This document shows, in pieces, positions 26,426 to 35,848 of a stretch of 40,005 nucleotides of DNA (its first letter is position 1; each line of letters starts with the position of its first letter). Location: positions 1 through 40,005 of the forward strand of contig CAYTUE010000028.1 of the NCBI GenBank assembly GCA_964441085.1, read 5' to 3'. The DNA is from an uncultured Planctomycetaceae bacterium. GTDB taxonomy: Bacteria; Planctomycetota; Planctomycetia; Planctomycetales; Planctomycetaceae. Made by a program: the position numbers and the translations under genes. The notes below the pieces were generated by a model, which saw only the letters and a program-made list of their open reading frames with translations, made no database searches and had not been told where the DNA came from.

Positions 26426-26962
26426 ATGACCACCGCCGCTATCCCAGATCTGCAAACCGCTGCCACCATGAAACAAGCTGCCATTGGGCAAATTCAGTGG
26501 ACTCGGCAGTACACTCTGGAACTGCTGGAAGCGACACCACAAGAACTCTGGTTCGAAATGCCCGAAGGACTGCCCACTCATGTGGCATGGCAAGTTGGAC
26601 ATCTTGCCTACAGCCAATATGGACTGTGCATGTTTCGCATTCGTGGACGTGAACCCGATGATCTTGACATCGTTCCCAGCGTGTTCCGCAAAAAATATGC
26701 TCGCTCATCCACACCGAATCCCGACTCAACCAAACAGCCTTCGGCCGATGAACTCCTCGAACGCTTGGTCACTGTTCACGAACGATCAATCCAAGAAATA
26801 AGTAACATGGACGATTCGATTTTGCTTGAACCTGTCGAAATGCCGTTTGCTGTCTACCCAGCCAAACTGGGTTGTCTGATGTTCTGCCCCTTGCACGAAC
26901 AAATTCATTCTGGGCAAATCGGTCTACTACGACGAGCTCTCGGACTGGAACCCGTCAGATAG
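26426..26962 (+). CDS. DinB/YfiT superfamily (DinB_2) protein, putative thiol S-transferase/metalloprotein
   Basis: HVAWQVGHLA and HEQIHSGQI give the three-His metal triad of the four-helix bundle. Confidence 0.88.
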   Translation: MTTAAIPDLQTAATMKQAAIGQIQWTRQYTLELLEATPQELWFEMPEGLPTHVAWQVGHLAYSQYGLCMFRIRGREPDDLDIVPSVFRKKYARSSTPNPDSTKQPSADELLERLVTVHERSIQEISNMDDSILLEPVEMPFAVYPAKLGCLMFCPLHEQIHSGQIGLLRRALGLEPVR

Positions 26963-27005
26963 CATGTGGTTGATGCGTGGCTGGTTGCAACCTACTCACA
27001 AAACA

Positions 27006-27032
27006 TGTCGCACCGATCATGAAAGTGCGACA
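27006..27032. terminator. Possible terminator hairpin between convergent genes
   Basis: TGTCGCAC-N11-GTGCGACA. Confidence 0.5.
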
Positions 27033-27100
27033 CGTTTTACAGATGTGTGAACAGCGGTCACAGCTGCTTTCCATTGCGCGAAAAACACATTGAACTTCAA

Positions 27101-28159
27101 CTACTCATTGCGATTTCGGCTGTCAGCTGCTTGAGATGATTTTTGTTGGCGAGCTAGCTTTCGAGTCGCAAAGTCTTCGACCATCAACAGGTTCAACAAC
27201 GCATCGCTGTACAGATCCCAAGCATCGTTGCTTGTCACATCTTTGGGCATCGCAAATGTCACGATGTCACATTGCTCGCTTTCAGATAAGTAGCGTTCCA
27301 AAGTTCCTTCCACAGAAGACCCCGGTAACTGCAGCAGCTGAAAACCAAGCCAGCTTGATAAATCTGAAGCAACATGACTCGCCCCAGAACTGCATGCCAC
27401 AAGGCCCTGCTTTCGACCGATGGTTCGAACGTGAATGATTCGTTGAGGTTGATGCTTTTTCATTTCTGCCATCAGAAATTGAATCTCAGCCGGAAAAGCA
27501 GTGGGATCATTCTTCAGATCGGCCGTTGTCAGAAACTGTCGATTCAAATAAACGCCATCCGCTGTCAGTGACTTTCCTGCTGCTTCACCGTCGGGGTTGA
27601 GATTACGAATCACGTTTAAATGAATTCCACCCAACACAATCTGATTTTCGTGCACGTGCTTCGCTAAGCGTTCTGTTAATTCCACGGCCACTTTATCGTT
27701 GCCCGTCATACTGCCAATCAACAAAGTTCGATAGCCTCCACGACCAATGACAATCGATTGAATGTCTCGCTTGCCGGTACTCTTTGCACCGGTAAGCCAT
27801 GCAAACTGGCCCGGTTGATCCACAAGGCGTGGCGGCTTTCCACGGCTAGCAATTCGATCCGCAGGACGATTTCTCCGCTCAGCCTTCTGAGATTTCAACC
27901 GGGACCCCGAAGCCGACTGATCAGCAGTTTCTGCGATCTGTTTTTCAGCCGTCGCGTCGTTTCCATCTGCGACGTTCTGAGAAGATTCAAAATCGGTCGA
28001 AGGCACAGAATCCCAAACGGGAGGCCCAGACACTTGCATAGCAGCTGATGGAACCGAACGGGCAACACTCGGTATGCTCAGGCAACCTGTGCTGGCCAAC
28101 AAAAGCAGCGAAGCGGCAAGGTGCAAGGTACAGCGTGGAAAGAAAAGGGAACGTTTCAT
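27101..28159 (-). CDS. M14 zinc-carboxypeptidase-fold (MpaA-like) lipoprotein, catalytic residues degenerate
   Basis: Lipobox ASTGC; fold motifs KSTGKRDI, LNPDG, GVYLNRQF and EIQFL..EMKKHQP.RII. The HxxE motif appears as TGND. Confidence 0.75.
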   Translation of the reverse strand: MKRSLFFPRCTLHLAASLLLLASTGCLSIPSVARSVPSAAMQVSGPPVWDSVPSTDFESSQNVADGNDATAEKQIAETADQSASGSRLKSQKAERRNRPADRIASRGKPPRLVDQPGQFAWLTGAKSTGKRDIQSIVIGRGGYRTLLIGSMTGNDKVAVELTERLAKHVHENQIVLGGIHLNVIRNLNPDGEAAGKSLTADGVYLNRQFLTTADLKNDPTAFPAEIQFLMAEMKKHQPQRIIHVRTIGRKQGLVACSSGASHVASDLSSWLGFQLLQLPGSSVEGTLERYLSESEQCDIVTFAMPKDVTSNDAWDLYSDALLNLLMVEDFATRKLARQQKSSQAADSRNRNE

Positions 28160-28325
28160 TGCGATGTCTCCGGGGGGAAGGAGTCAAAATTTCGCGTGAA
28201 GCAACATTCCCTTGTTGATTCGAACACTGATGATTGAAGCCATTTCCTGTCAATTGAAACGGCAACAATCAAGAAAAAGACGTTTACGAAGCAAGACTGT
28301 CAGCCATTGCCTGAAAACGGAATCA

Positions 28326-28354
28326 GGGACGGCCTCCGTAATGGAAGCCGTCCC
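28326..28354. terminator. Hairpin downstream of the 28392-29075 gene
   Basis: GGGACGGC...GCCGTCCC 8-bp stem with inner TCC/GGA; weak U-tract. Confidence 0.5.
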
Positions 28355-28391
28355 GACGTTGTCTTAGGGTAAGTCTGAAAAGACGAATCAG

Positions 28392-29075
28392 TTAGTCGTC
28401 AATTCCAAGGGCGTAACAAAGTTGATCAAAGCGTTCCTGAGCATCATCACTTGAACTGTGAACATGTTCACCTTCTGTAATGAACTTCAAGTCTTCATTG
28501 CAGGGAACTTGGTTTTCGGCCATCGCCCACTCGTGAGCTTCATTTTCATGACCGTAAACAAACAGAAGTTTGTGTTCGTCCAGTTGGACTTCCATTGGTT
28601 TACGAGGATTCAGGATGGCAATCCCGCAACATCCGTCATCAAGTAAAAGATCTTCGAAGTCGTACAGAATGCTTTGCAGCACAGGCATATCAATCTGCTC
28701 GCGATACAGATCTGTATGCTCGCCATTGGTTTTGTCGTGACTGGTTTCAAGAACCACATCAACAGATTCACCCAATGGGTCAAGCAACGACAAGAAGGTA
28801 TCGAACAAACGTTCTCGAGTCACAGAACCCATTAAGACGGGAATCCGTGCACCAGATTCCTGATCAATATACCACTCGTGCCGATACCCTGTTTCGGGCA
28901 ACACTTCCAAATTGTAGGAAGGGCGAACAGCATCAGTCAGAGTAAAATCGCCGTAGCGAGCAACACTCATGTGCTCTTCCAACTGCCGTTCAGACAGATT
29001 TTGGAAGCTGCTGACACCGTGAGATGTTTCGCCATCTCGAGTTGTTGATTTCAGGAAGTTCTTTAGAAATCCCAT
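28392..29075 (-). CDS. Hypothetical acidic protein
   Basis: 227-aa ORF with GAGG RBS before the ATG at 29075; protein-like composition; no family recognised. Confidence 0.8.
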   Translation of the reverse strand: MGFLKNFLKSTTRDGETSHGVSSFQNLSERQLEEHMSVARYGDFTLTDAVRPSYNLEVLPETGYRHEWYIDQESGARIPVLMGSVTRERLFDTFLSLLDPLGESVDVVLETSHDKTNGEHTDLYREQIDMPVLQSILYDFEDLLLDDGCCGIAILNPRKPMEVQLDEHKLLFVYGHENEAHEWAMAENQVPCNEDLKFITEGEHVHSSSDDAQERFDQLCYALGIDD

Positions 29076-29387
29076 AGGATCCTCACGCAAGTCGTTCGTG
29101 CTGCGGAACAAAATTTACTTGAACTGGTTTCAACAGCACACACGCTGTATCTACCCGAACGCAGCAAACCTAGCATCCCTTCCAGCAAAGTCTGGGCAGA
29201 TTTGTGAAGCGGGCACAAATCGGTTCATCTGCTGCTTGCGCAGACACGAAAGTGAGGCCCTGTGAAACTATTCCTAATGGAACGATCAGCCAACCAACCC
29301 GAAAAGTCCACCTGATCGAAACAGTCCCCTTCGCTCTCACTCGTCATATCTGCAACAATCAGCACGATCGTTGAAATCAGTGAAGCA

Positions 29388-31010
29388 ATGATTTCTTCGC
29401 CACATTCAAGCAATCTCTGCTTGCGAATCGTTTCGGGTTCTCCCTGCTTCACAAGGCATTTCACATTGCAAGCAGCTCATCATCTTCACCTGCCAAGTCG
29501 CTTAAGAACTTCCTGCAGATGCGTTGCAATGGCGCTCTTGGTTTCCTGGGTTCTGTTGTGCGGCAACACCATGGCTGCAACCAACGACGCAAATCAAACG
29601 ACATGGTATTTAATCCAAATGAATGGGAAGCCTGTTGGCTACGAACAGCTGACCACATCAAACGTCAACGGGAACCCCAACTTGCTGAAGGTATTTCGTC
29701 GTACAGAACTGCGAATTCGCCGATTAGGTTCAGACGTCCATCTTCAGACCTTCCTGTGGACGACTCAAACAAAAAACGGCGAACTGCTTGCCTTTGATCT
29801 CCAACAAATCGACGCCGCTGGTAAACGAATTGAACGCAGTGGTGCGCAAAATCCCAACAAACGAACGTTTGAAATTCAAGAACGAATCGCAGCAACCAAG
29901 TCCCAACGATCAGTCAAAATTCAACCCAGCCCGATGTCTCCCATCGTCGAACTGTGGTTGCCCGCTGCCATGAAGCTAAGTCAACGCCACACAAACACTC
30001 GTCGCCAAAGCTTCAAGGTTTTCTTTCCCGAAACCGCTGACACCGCAATGGGAACTGCAACAGTCCAGCCCTTCCGTAAAATCATTTTGCCCAATGGTAA
30101 GCAAATCACGGGCGCTCGATTGGAATACACAGTGGCCTCTCATTTCGGTCCACCCATTCGCATGGTGATTGCTTCAGACCACCAAGTGATTCACAAGGAA
30201 AAGTCACTGATGAACCGCCCTTTGACATGGGAACAAACATCAGCCGACACGGCACTCAAAGCAGCTCAATCTAAAACTCTCGATCAAACAGTTCAAACAA
30301 TTATCCCCGTTGATCGCCTTATTTCATTTGGAAAACCTCGCTCAACAGTCAGCTTGAAATTGACTGTCAATCATGGCTTCCTTGGACAGATTCCATCCAC
30401 CAGATTTCAAACAGTCACTGATCGCACTTCAGGTTCGGCAACCATTCAACTGCATCCTGTTGTCTATCCACAACCAATCCCAAATCGTCTCAGCGAACAA
30501 CAGCCTCCTTTGCCAGCAACAACCTTAATGCCAACCTCAGACCCAATGCTGCAACGCATGGCAGTTCAAGGCACTGTTGGAAAATCACGGCCGCTTGATA
30601 TCTGCTTGAGCCTAGAAAAATACGTCAGCAGCACATTGGCCTTTCGTCCCTTTTCAACCAATCTTCTTCCAGCAGATGTGGTCGCAAAGCACAAGAAAGG
30701 AGACTGCACAGAACACGCGATTCTGCTGGCAACCTTAATGAAGGTTCGAGGAATCCCTGCTCGAATCGTATCCGGACTCATCCTGACTGCAGGAAGGCCG
30801 GGATTCAGTGGCCACGTGTGGGTGGAAGCGAAAATTCAGGAAAACTGGTACCCTTTCGATTCAATGTCTGCGATTTCATCCAAACAAGTGCGTGTAAAAT
30901 TGGCGGATTCCAACCTCAATGAAAGCTCCCAAAACTCGGGGCTCTCCCTGTTTACTCCCATCCTTGACCTAGCGGGACGCAGTTCATTCACCGTTAAGTC
31001 TGCTGAATAA
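29388..31010 (+). CDS. Secreted transglutaminase-like domain protein
   Basis: Cys-His-Asp triad: GDCTEHA...GIPAR...HVWVEA...WYPFD. Signal-like segment MALLVSWVLLCG. The true start may lie downstream, e.g. 29529. Confidence 0.88.
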   Translation: MISSPHSSNLCLRIVSGSPCFTRHFTLQAAHHLHLPSRLRTSCRCVAMALLVSWVLLCGNTMAATNDANQTTWYLIQMNGKPVGYEQLTTSNVNGNPNLLKVFRRTELRIRRLGSDVHLQTFLWTTQTKNGELLAFDLQQIDAAGKRIERSGAQNPNKRTFEIQERIAATKSQRSVKIQPSPMSPIVELWLPAAMKLSQRHTNTRRQSFKVFFPETADTAMGTATVQPFRKIILPNGKQITGARLEYTVASHFGPPIRMVIASDHQVIHKEKSLMNRPLTWEQTSADTALKAAQSKTLDQTVQTIIPVDRLISFGKPRSTVSLKLTVNHGFLGQIPSTRFQTVTDRTSGSATIQLHPVVYPQPIPNRLSEQQPPLPATTLMPTSDPMLQRMAVQGTVGKSRPLDICLSLEKYVSSTLAFRPFSTNLLPADVVAKHKKGDCTEHAILLATLMKVRGIPARIVSGLILTAGRPGFSGHVWVEAKIQENWYPFDSMSAISSKQVRVKLADSNLNESSQNSGLSLFTPILDLAGRSSFTVKSAE

Positions 31011-31121
31011 TTTGGATTTAGTAAAAACTGGGCACGTTTCACGAATTCCAGCATTGCCGCCCCGCCCCACTGACGTGGATAATAGCAGCGTTCGTTCTTA
31101 GAAATGCAGGAAGCCTCAAAT

Positions 31122-31532
31122 ATGCCGCTGCGTACAGACAGCCTAGAAGAACCTCAACTCAACCTGACGCCGATGATCGACATTGTCTTCCTGTTGATCA
31201 TCTTCTTTATGGTTGGCACGAAGTTCACCGAGATCGAACAGCAGTTTGATGTCGACCTCCCCAGCGCGGCGGCCATTGAACCCATGTCTGCTACTCCAGA
31301 CCCCTTGGTCATCACCATAACAAGGTCAGGTGAACTTTCACTGGGCAACCAATTTGTGTCGATCGAAGAACTCGAACAGAAGTTAGCATCAGCCAAAGAA
31401 GCATTCAGCGCACAAGTCGTTTTGATCCGAGGCGACGGTGCAGGAATCTATCAGTCAATCATCGATATCATGGCTTTGTGTAACCGTCTTAAACTGAAGT
31501 TTTCTTTGGCCTTCCAGCCCAAAGAACAATAA
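31122..31532 (+). CDS. exbD: ExbD/TolR family biopolymer transport protein
   Basis: NLTPMIDIVFLLIIFFMV (essential Asp in the TM), VDLPSA and VLIRGD. ATG at 31122 follows AGGAAG. Confidence 0.93.
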   Translation: MPLRTDSLEEPQLNLTPMIDIVFLLIIFFMVGTKFTEIEQQFDVDLPSAAAIEPMSATPDPLVITITRSGELSLGNQFVSIEELEQKLASAKEAFSAQVVLIRGDGAGIYQSIIDIMALCNRLKLKFSLAFQPKEQ

Positions 31533-31571
31533 GCACCTTGTCCCTGTGAACGTCTAACCTCAGTTGTTTTC

Positions 31572-34016
31572 ATGCACATCATCAAAGACGTATTACTAAA
31601 GATCTGGCAGGGACAGCCAATGTCCGGCGACGATGTGGTTGCGCTGGGACTTCTGGTGGCAATGTTGGCTTCACTCTGCCATCTGTTCACCATGTTGGCG
31701 ACACGCTGGGGCGAACGACATCTTGCAGCAAAGTCATTTTTGGCATCCCTGCTGGTGCATGCCGTCTGCCTATTGGGTCTGGAAGTCTTTGAACCAGTCG
31801 ATTCGGATCTCACCAATCAGCAAACTGAGTTCGTTTCAAACCCAGAACAACAGATCAGCCTTCTGATCGAAAGCGACGACAACATCGCCATGCAATCGTC
31901 GGGCAACACGCCTCTTCCCGATCAACTTGCTCCATCTGAAAAACCGCTGGAACGACTTCCTATGGAAGCTCGGTCAATGGAAATCCCAGACGTCCAAGAA
32001 CGCCAACCTGAAGTTCTTGACAGCCTCGATTCCAACGCCAAAGACATCAGTCAACAGTCCATAAGCGAACTGCCTCAAATTGCACGGCAGGTAGACGCAG
32101 GGGCGGAAGGCCGTCGCACGGTTGCATCTGCTGATCCCACCGCAGATCAAGAAACCACCTTGCCAACAAACCAAAATGATGTCTATGTCCCGAACAAGTC
32201 TCGAACGATCACAGAACAAGGAGACCTTCGAGACACAACGATGCAAACTGAGATCACTGATCCAGCTCGAGGAAGTCCAGAACGAATCGCACCCGAGATT
32301 TCCCTACAAGATTCAGCCATGGCACTGGCCATGACTGACACAAATTCAGGCATCACAGCAAAACCATTTGATTCCGACCCACTGGACACCATAGAACGTC
32401 GCGCCGCCCCATTTTCTGCTGCCGATCGCCTAGACGCCGCTGGGATCACAGATTCCCGCTCGTCCGACGCTACGAGGCAAGCGAAGAGCTTCGAATCACT
32501 CACACCTCGACGCATGGCGGCTCCTGATCGAAGCTTCAACGACCCTCGCCCCGATCGCATCAATCCCGATTCTGCTCGCACCCCACTGCCATTGCGAGAG
32601 CAACAAAACGATGTCCGCAGTGGACGAACCATGTCTGATATTTCTCAAGAACTGATTTCGTCAGCTCCTACGGTCGATGTCGATCCTCCCGAAATCCGCC
32701 GGCGACAATCACGCTCGGCCACATACACATTAAGAAATCGAGAACGTCGGCGTGAGGCTGCTCGGCGCTTCGGAGGCACCCAGAAATCAGAAGCAGCCGT
32801 CGAACGATCCTTAAAATGGTTCTCATCAATCCAACATGCCGATGGTCACTGGAACGCGTCGGCTCATGGTTCTGGATTGGTCGAACGAAAAAGAGACGGC
32901 TATCCAAGTGACTATGCCGGACGAAATTCCGACACCGGAATCAGCGCTTTGGTGATTCTATCCTACCTCGGAGCCGGCTACACGCACGAAGGAGGACAGT
33001 ATGCATTGCAAGTGGATCGAGCACTGGATTGGCTGATCAGCCAGCAAAGCGCAGATGGAAACCTTGGCGGCAACGCCGGGCACTATGCCAAAATGTACTG
33101 CCATGCGATGGCAACCTACGCGATTGCAGAAGCCATGGGCATGCAACGTTCCACAATCATGGGCCCCATCATTGAACCTGATGCCCTGTCTGCTTCCAGT
33201 TACATCGCTCATCAAGCAGCCTCATCGTTGATGTTACAACAAGGGCTTCCGGCAGGCACTTTTATGATGTCTGGAATCGCTGTCTTACAAACAGAAGCAG
33301 AACGTGTCAGCTACCAACTTCGCAAAGTGGATGACCTTCGACTCGAAGCCGCTTTGCTGCGAGCCATCACATTTACTTTAAGCCAGCAAGATCCCATCAG
33401 CGGTGGCTGGCGTTACAAGCCAGGACAAGAAGGTGATGTCAGTATGTTTGGCTGGCAAATGATGTCACTGAAAAGCGCGGCGATTGCGGGAGTCAAAATT
33501 TCACCAAAAGTTCGTGACCGCATGACTCAGTTCCTAAATAGTGTGCGTCAAGGCCCGTCAAAAGGATTGTTCGGGTATCGCCGCTCCGTCTTAATCAACG
33601 GTCACGAAACCGAACCAGTCACCCAAGCGATGACCGCTGAAGCACTGTTCTGTCAACAAATGCTAGGCTATCAGCGAGATTCAGCATCCAGTAGAGAATC
33701 TGTGGGCTACCTGCTGCAACATCGCCCACGCCTTGCAGAACTGGACTTCTACTACTGGTACTACGGCACATTGGCCATGTATCAATACGGTGGAGAACCA
33801 TGGCAACGATGGAATTCTGTTGTTCGCGAAACTCTCATTCAAGAACAGCGAATCAGCGGAGCCTATGCGGGAAGCTGGGATCCCAAAGGACCATGGGGAG
33901 GCTACGGCGGACGACTCTATTCCACCGCCTTGGCAACTCTCACCTTGGAAGTGTACTACCGACTTTTGCCTCTTTACCGAATGAATGACAATCCGGCAAA
34001 GGCCACCAACAACTAA
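31572..34016 (+). CDS. Membrane-anchored protein with a long linker and a C-terminal prenyltransferase/squalene-cyclase-type alpha/alpha barrel
   Basis: Two N-terminal hydrophobic helices and a ~320-aa polar linker. QW-like repeats WFSSIQHADGHW, WLISQQSADG, QQDPISGGW and EQRISGAYAGSW; LEVYYR terminus. Confidence 0.88.
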   Translation: MHIIKDVLLKIWQGQPMSGDDVVALGLLVAMLASLCHLFTMLATRWGERHLAAKSFLASLLVHAVCLLGLEVFEPVDSDLTNQQTEFVSNPEQQISLLIESDDNIAMQSSGNTPLPDQLAPSEKPLERLPMEARSMEIPDVQERQPEVLDSLDSNAKDISQQSISELPQIARQVDAGAEGRRTVASADPTADQETTLPTNQNDVYVPNKSRTITEQGDLRDTTMQTEITDPARGSPERIAPEISLQDSAMALAMTDTNSGITAKPFDSDPLDTIERRAAPFSAADRLDAAGITDSRSSDATRQAKSFESLTPRRMAAPDRSFNDPRPDRINPDSARTPLPLREQQNDVRSGRTMSDISQELISSAPTVDVDPPEIRRRQSRSATYTLRNRERRREAARRFGGTQKSEAAVERSLKWFSSIQHADGHWNASAHGSGLVERKRDGYPSDYAGRNSDTGISALVILSYLGAGYTHEGGQYALQVDRALDWLISQQSADGNLGGNAGHYAKMYCHAMATYAIAEAMGMQRSTIMGPIIEPDALSASSYIAHQAASSLMLQQGLPAGTFMMSGIAVLQTEAERVSYQLRKVDDLRLEAALLRAITFTLSQQDPISGGWRYKPGQEGDVSMFGWQMMSLKSAAIAGVKISPKVRDRMTQFLNSVRQGPSKGLFGYRRSVLINGHETEPVTQAMTAEALFCQQMLGYQRDSASSRESVGYLLQHRPRLAELDFYYWYYGTLAMYQYGGEPWQRWNSVVRETLIQEQRISGAYAGSWDPKGPWGGYGGRLYSTALATLTLEVYYRLLPLYRMNDNPAKATNN

Positions 34017-34061
34017 GCTGCTTGGTCGTGTTCGGCAAACAGCTTGTGTTGAAGACAACCG

Positions 34062-34844
34062 CTACTCGCTGTCCATTGCCGATCGTTTATGCTTTTGAGG
34101 CTTTAAGTATTTCGGACGGTACACGCCCAGCTTGTTCAACCCAAACTGCAGCATCACCCAAAGTGTCAGTAAGCCATACCGAGTACTGCGACGAAAATTA
34201 ATGCTGCTAGCTTCTTCAAAGTAACGCACAGGCACAGGAATGTCGGCCAACCGAAAACCGGCAGTGACTGATTGAGCCAAAAACTGAGTATCAAAGACAA
34301 AGTCGTCTGAATTTTCTTCCCAAGAAACTGTATCCAAAACGTCTCGCCGATAGGCTCGAAAACCGCTGTGAAAGTCTCCCAAGTTTTGTCCCATCGCCAC
34401 GTTTTCGAAAGCCGTTAAAAACCGGTTGGCAATGTACTTCCAAACGGGCATACCGCCTTCGAGCACTTCGGCTCGAGTTCGAATTCGAGAACCCATCACG
34501 ATGTCGCAGTTGCCCAGCCGAATCAATTCTGCTGCCACAGGAATCACTCGACTGTCATACTGATAATCGGGATGGATCATCACCACAATGTCAGCGCCCA
34601 ATTCAATGGCTTTGCGATAGCACGTCTTTTGATTGCCGCCGTAGCCCGTATTTTTGTCATGAGCAATCACAGTTAAGCCAAGACGTTCGGCGACTTCCAC
34701 CGTGTTGTCTGAACTGCAATCATCCACCAAAATGATGTCTGCCACGCTGCCTTCGGGAATATCGCGAACCGTTTTTTCCAAAGTTGCTGCCGCGTTATAG
34801 GCGGGCATCACGGCAATGATTCGAGGAGATTCGAATTCTGACAT
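34062..34844 (-). CDS. Glycosyltransferase family 2 (DPM1-like, polyprenol-phosphate sugar synthase)
   Basis: [37 protein letters not shown]; ATG at 34844. Confidence 0.93.
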   Translation of the reverse strand: MSEFESPRIIAVMPAYNAAATLEKTVRDIPEGSVADIILVDDCSSDNTVEVAERLGLTVIAHDKNTGYGGNQKTCYRKAIELGADIVVMIHPDYQYDSRVIPVAAELIRLGNCDIVMGSRIRTRAEVLEGGMPVWKYIANRFLTAFENVAMGQNLGDFHSGFRAYRRDVLDTVSWEENSDDFVFDTQFLAQSVTAGFRLADIPVPVRYFEEASSINFRRSTRYGLLTLWVMLQFGLNKLGVYRPKYLKPQKHKRSAMDSE

Positions 34845-35039
34845 GCGGACCAATCTTCTCAGTGTTTTAAAATGTGACAGTTCGTGATCATTAACCGTTT
34901 GGTTTCACTGCCAAACTGAAAAGATCAGTCAGTTTTATAGGCAACAGAACTTAACTCTACTACATGGTTCACCATGAATTCGATGATCTCGTCTGCTGGA
35001 TGAAGCAGAATTTCAAGAATCATGCCAAATTCAGCGCAT

Positions 35040-35070
35040 GAAAAAACGGGGCCAAAACCGGCACCCGTTT
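35040..35070 (-). terminator. Probable terminator of rplU
   Basis: AAACGGGGCC-N6-GGCACCCGTTT hairpin with a T-run on the minus strand. Confidence 0.6.
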
Positions 35071-35137
35071 CTGTTTGATGGCTGCAAAATGAAATCGACA
35101 CCGAAGGTCGAATTTCAATTTCGCACGTCACTGCTGG

Positions 35138-35512
35138 CTAAGCAGTTGCTGTTTCTGCTGCTTCAGCTTCAGTCTTTGCGACCACGGCCAAGTTGGGAAC
35201 CGTGATCGACTTGATTTGAACTCGAGTATATTTTTGGCGATGACCAGTGTGGCGTCGGCTATTTTTTCGACGTCGGATCTTCTGGATTTCCAGCTTTGGA
35301 CCTTTGTCCTCGTCCAAAACCACTTCACCAGTGACTGTTGCACCGTCAATGAAAGGAGCACCAATCACGCTGGCACCACCGGCATTTGCCAGCAAAACAT
35401 TGTCAAAAGTCAAAGTCGCGCCCACTTCGGCGTCGCTCTGATAATCGACAGACAACAAATCGCCTTCCTGCACTCGATGCTGGCGGCTTCCATTTTCGAT
35501 GATGGCAAACAT
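35138..35512 (-). CDS. rplU: 50S ribosomal protein L21
   Basis: MFAIIENGSRQHRVQEGD...KGPK...RRKNSRRHTGHRQKYTRVQI. Confidence 0.98.
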   Translation of the reverse strand: MFAIIENGSRQHRVQEGDLLSVDYQSDAEVGATLTFDNVLLANAGGASVIGAPFIDGATVTGEVVLDEDKGPKLEIQKIRRRKNSRRHTGHRQKYTRVQIKSITVPNLAVVAKTEAEAAETATA

Positions 35513-35848
35513 GGCAAAATGCCCAAGAAGAGAACTGTCACAGAGTGATTAAAATCAGTAAATCGCCAGCAATATTTCTGACGGGTCGCGGAGTATAACG
35601 CAACTTTCGGACAGATCGAGGCGGAAAAACAGGCGTTCAGCCCTATTCCCGCCTTTCTGTCGAATTTTGGAATGGCAACACCAAAAAACCAAGGGTTTCG
35701 CAGTAATTGCCAGCTTTCAGACCAATGAGAACAACCCAATCAAATTGGGATCATTGGCTCCAACACAAGAAATTTCACACTTTAGCCAGTTCAAACACGG
35801 GAAAACCCCGAGCTTGACGCTGGCAAAACCTGACCAAGTCCTTGGAAA

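Noticed and set aside
26426-26962. Second DNA polymerase IV because of the 'DinB' name
   Set aside because: This is the unrelated DinB/YfiT four-helix metalloprotein family.
31572-34016. Functional squalene-hopene cyclase / hopanoid synthesis gene
   Set aside because: Single barrel, no DxDD motif, membrane anchor plus long linker, and ExbD context.
35585-35620. rplU promoter (TATACT at 35592-35597 with GC-rich discriminator)
   Set aside because: The -10 is plausible, but there is no recognisable -35 or extended -10, so it was not listed as a feature.
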